Of a stretch of DNA of 64,000 nucleotides, positions 63,681 to 64,000 are shown piece after piece (position 1 is the first letter of the stretch; every line of letters starts with the position of its first letter). Origin of the DNA: Atribacterota bacterium (GTDB lineage Bacteria; Atribacterota; Phoenicimicrobiia; Phoenicimicrobiales; Stramentimicrobiaceae); assembly GCA_040767965.1 (NCBI GenBank), contig JAXGNR010000004.1, positions 448,001 to 512,000 of the forward strand, read 5' to 3'. Position numbers and translations under genes: made by a program. Below the pieces are notes generated by a model. That model did no database searches, was not told where the DNA came from, and worked only from the letters and a program-made list of their open reading frames with translations.

Positions 63681-64000
63681 TTGTCAATTAACCGATATTA
63701 TGGTACTGGTAGGAGAAAAACATCCATAGCAAAAGTTTGGATATATCCTGGTAAAGGCAATATAATTATTAATAATAAACCACATAATAATTATTTTTTA
63801 ATATATCTAATGTTTTAGCAGTTGAAGAACCTTTAAAGGCGGTACAAAAAATAGAGGAAGTAGATGTTAATGTAAGAGTGTCAGGTGGCGGTGTAACAGG
63901 CCAGTCAGGTGCCATAAGACATGGAATAGCAAGGGCATTAGTGGAATATGACAGTACTTTAAGACCTATATTAAAGAAGGAAAAAATGCTCGAACGTGAT
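63681..64000 (+). CDS. rpsI: 30S ribosomal protein S9, apparent -1 frameshift at T6 (63794-63799), 3' end outside the window
   Basis: [19 protein letters not shown] in frame 0 stops at 63816-63818; the -1 frame gives [21 protein letters not shown]...MLERD. Confidence 0.92.

Overview
Low-GC (roughly 30%) bacterial core-genome window with every credible gene on the + strand. The Firmicutes-like gene order, sigH, mcsAB-clpC, an S55 peptidase and a 1703-aa RpoC suggest a deep-branching lineage such as Atribacterota or a Synergistota relative (inference only). Gene order: PNP-COG2426-mtnA-murA-mbl-S55 peptidase-ispDEF; DUF1844-TPR-nadD-yqeK-LCP-rsfS; pgk; CsoR-family repressor-mcsA-mcsB-clpC-radA; PIN/TRAM-cysS-sigH; tRNA Thr/Tyr/Thr-tuf-rpmG-tRNA Trp-secE-nusG-rplKAJL-rpoBC; str, S10, spc and alpha operons; ecfAAT-truA-rplM-rpsI. 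I saw no mobile elements, CRISPR arrays or defence islands. Best candidates for new biology: (1) a His-less, two-Cys CsoR/CstR-type repressor with its own G-tract operator in the slot normally held by ctsR ahead of mcsA-mcsB-clpC; (2) two large repeat-built insertions in RpoC; (3) signs of non-canonical initiation, namely many TTG/GTG starts, a nusG with no canonical start and an orphan strong SD before a possible ATA-initiated uORF; (4) an Asp-type PNP next to mtnA; (5) loss of L30 and a remodelled L18 tail. The frameshifts in rplX and rpsI are most likely sequencing indels.
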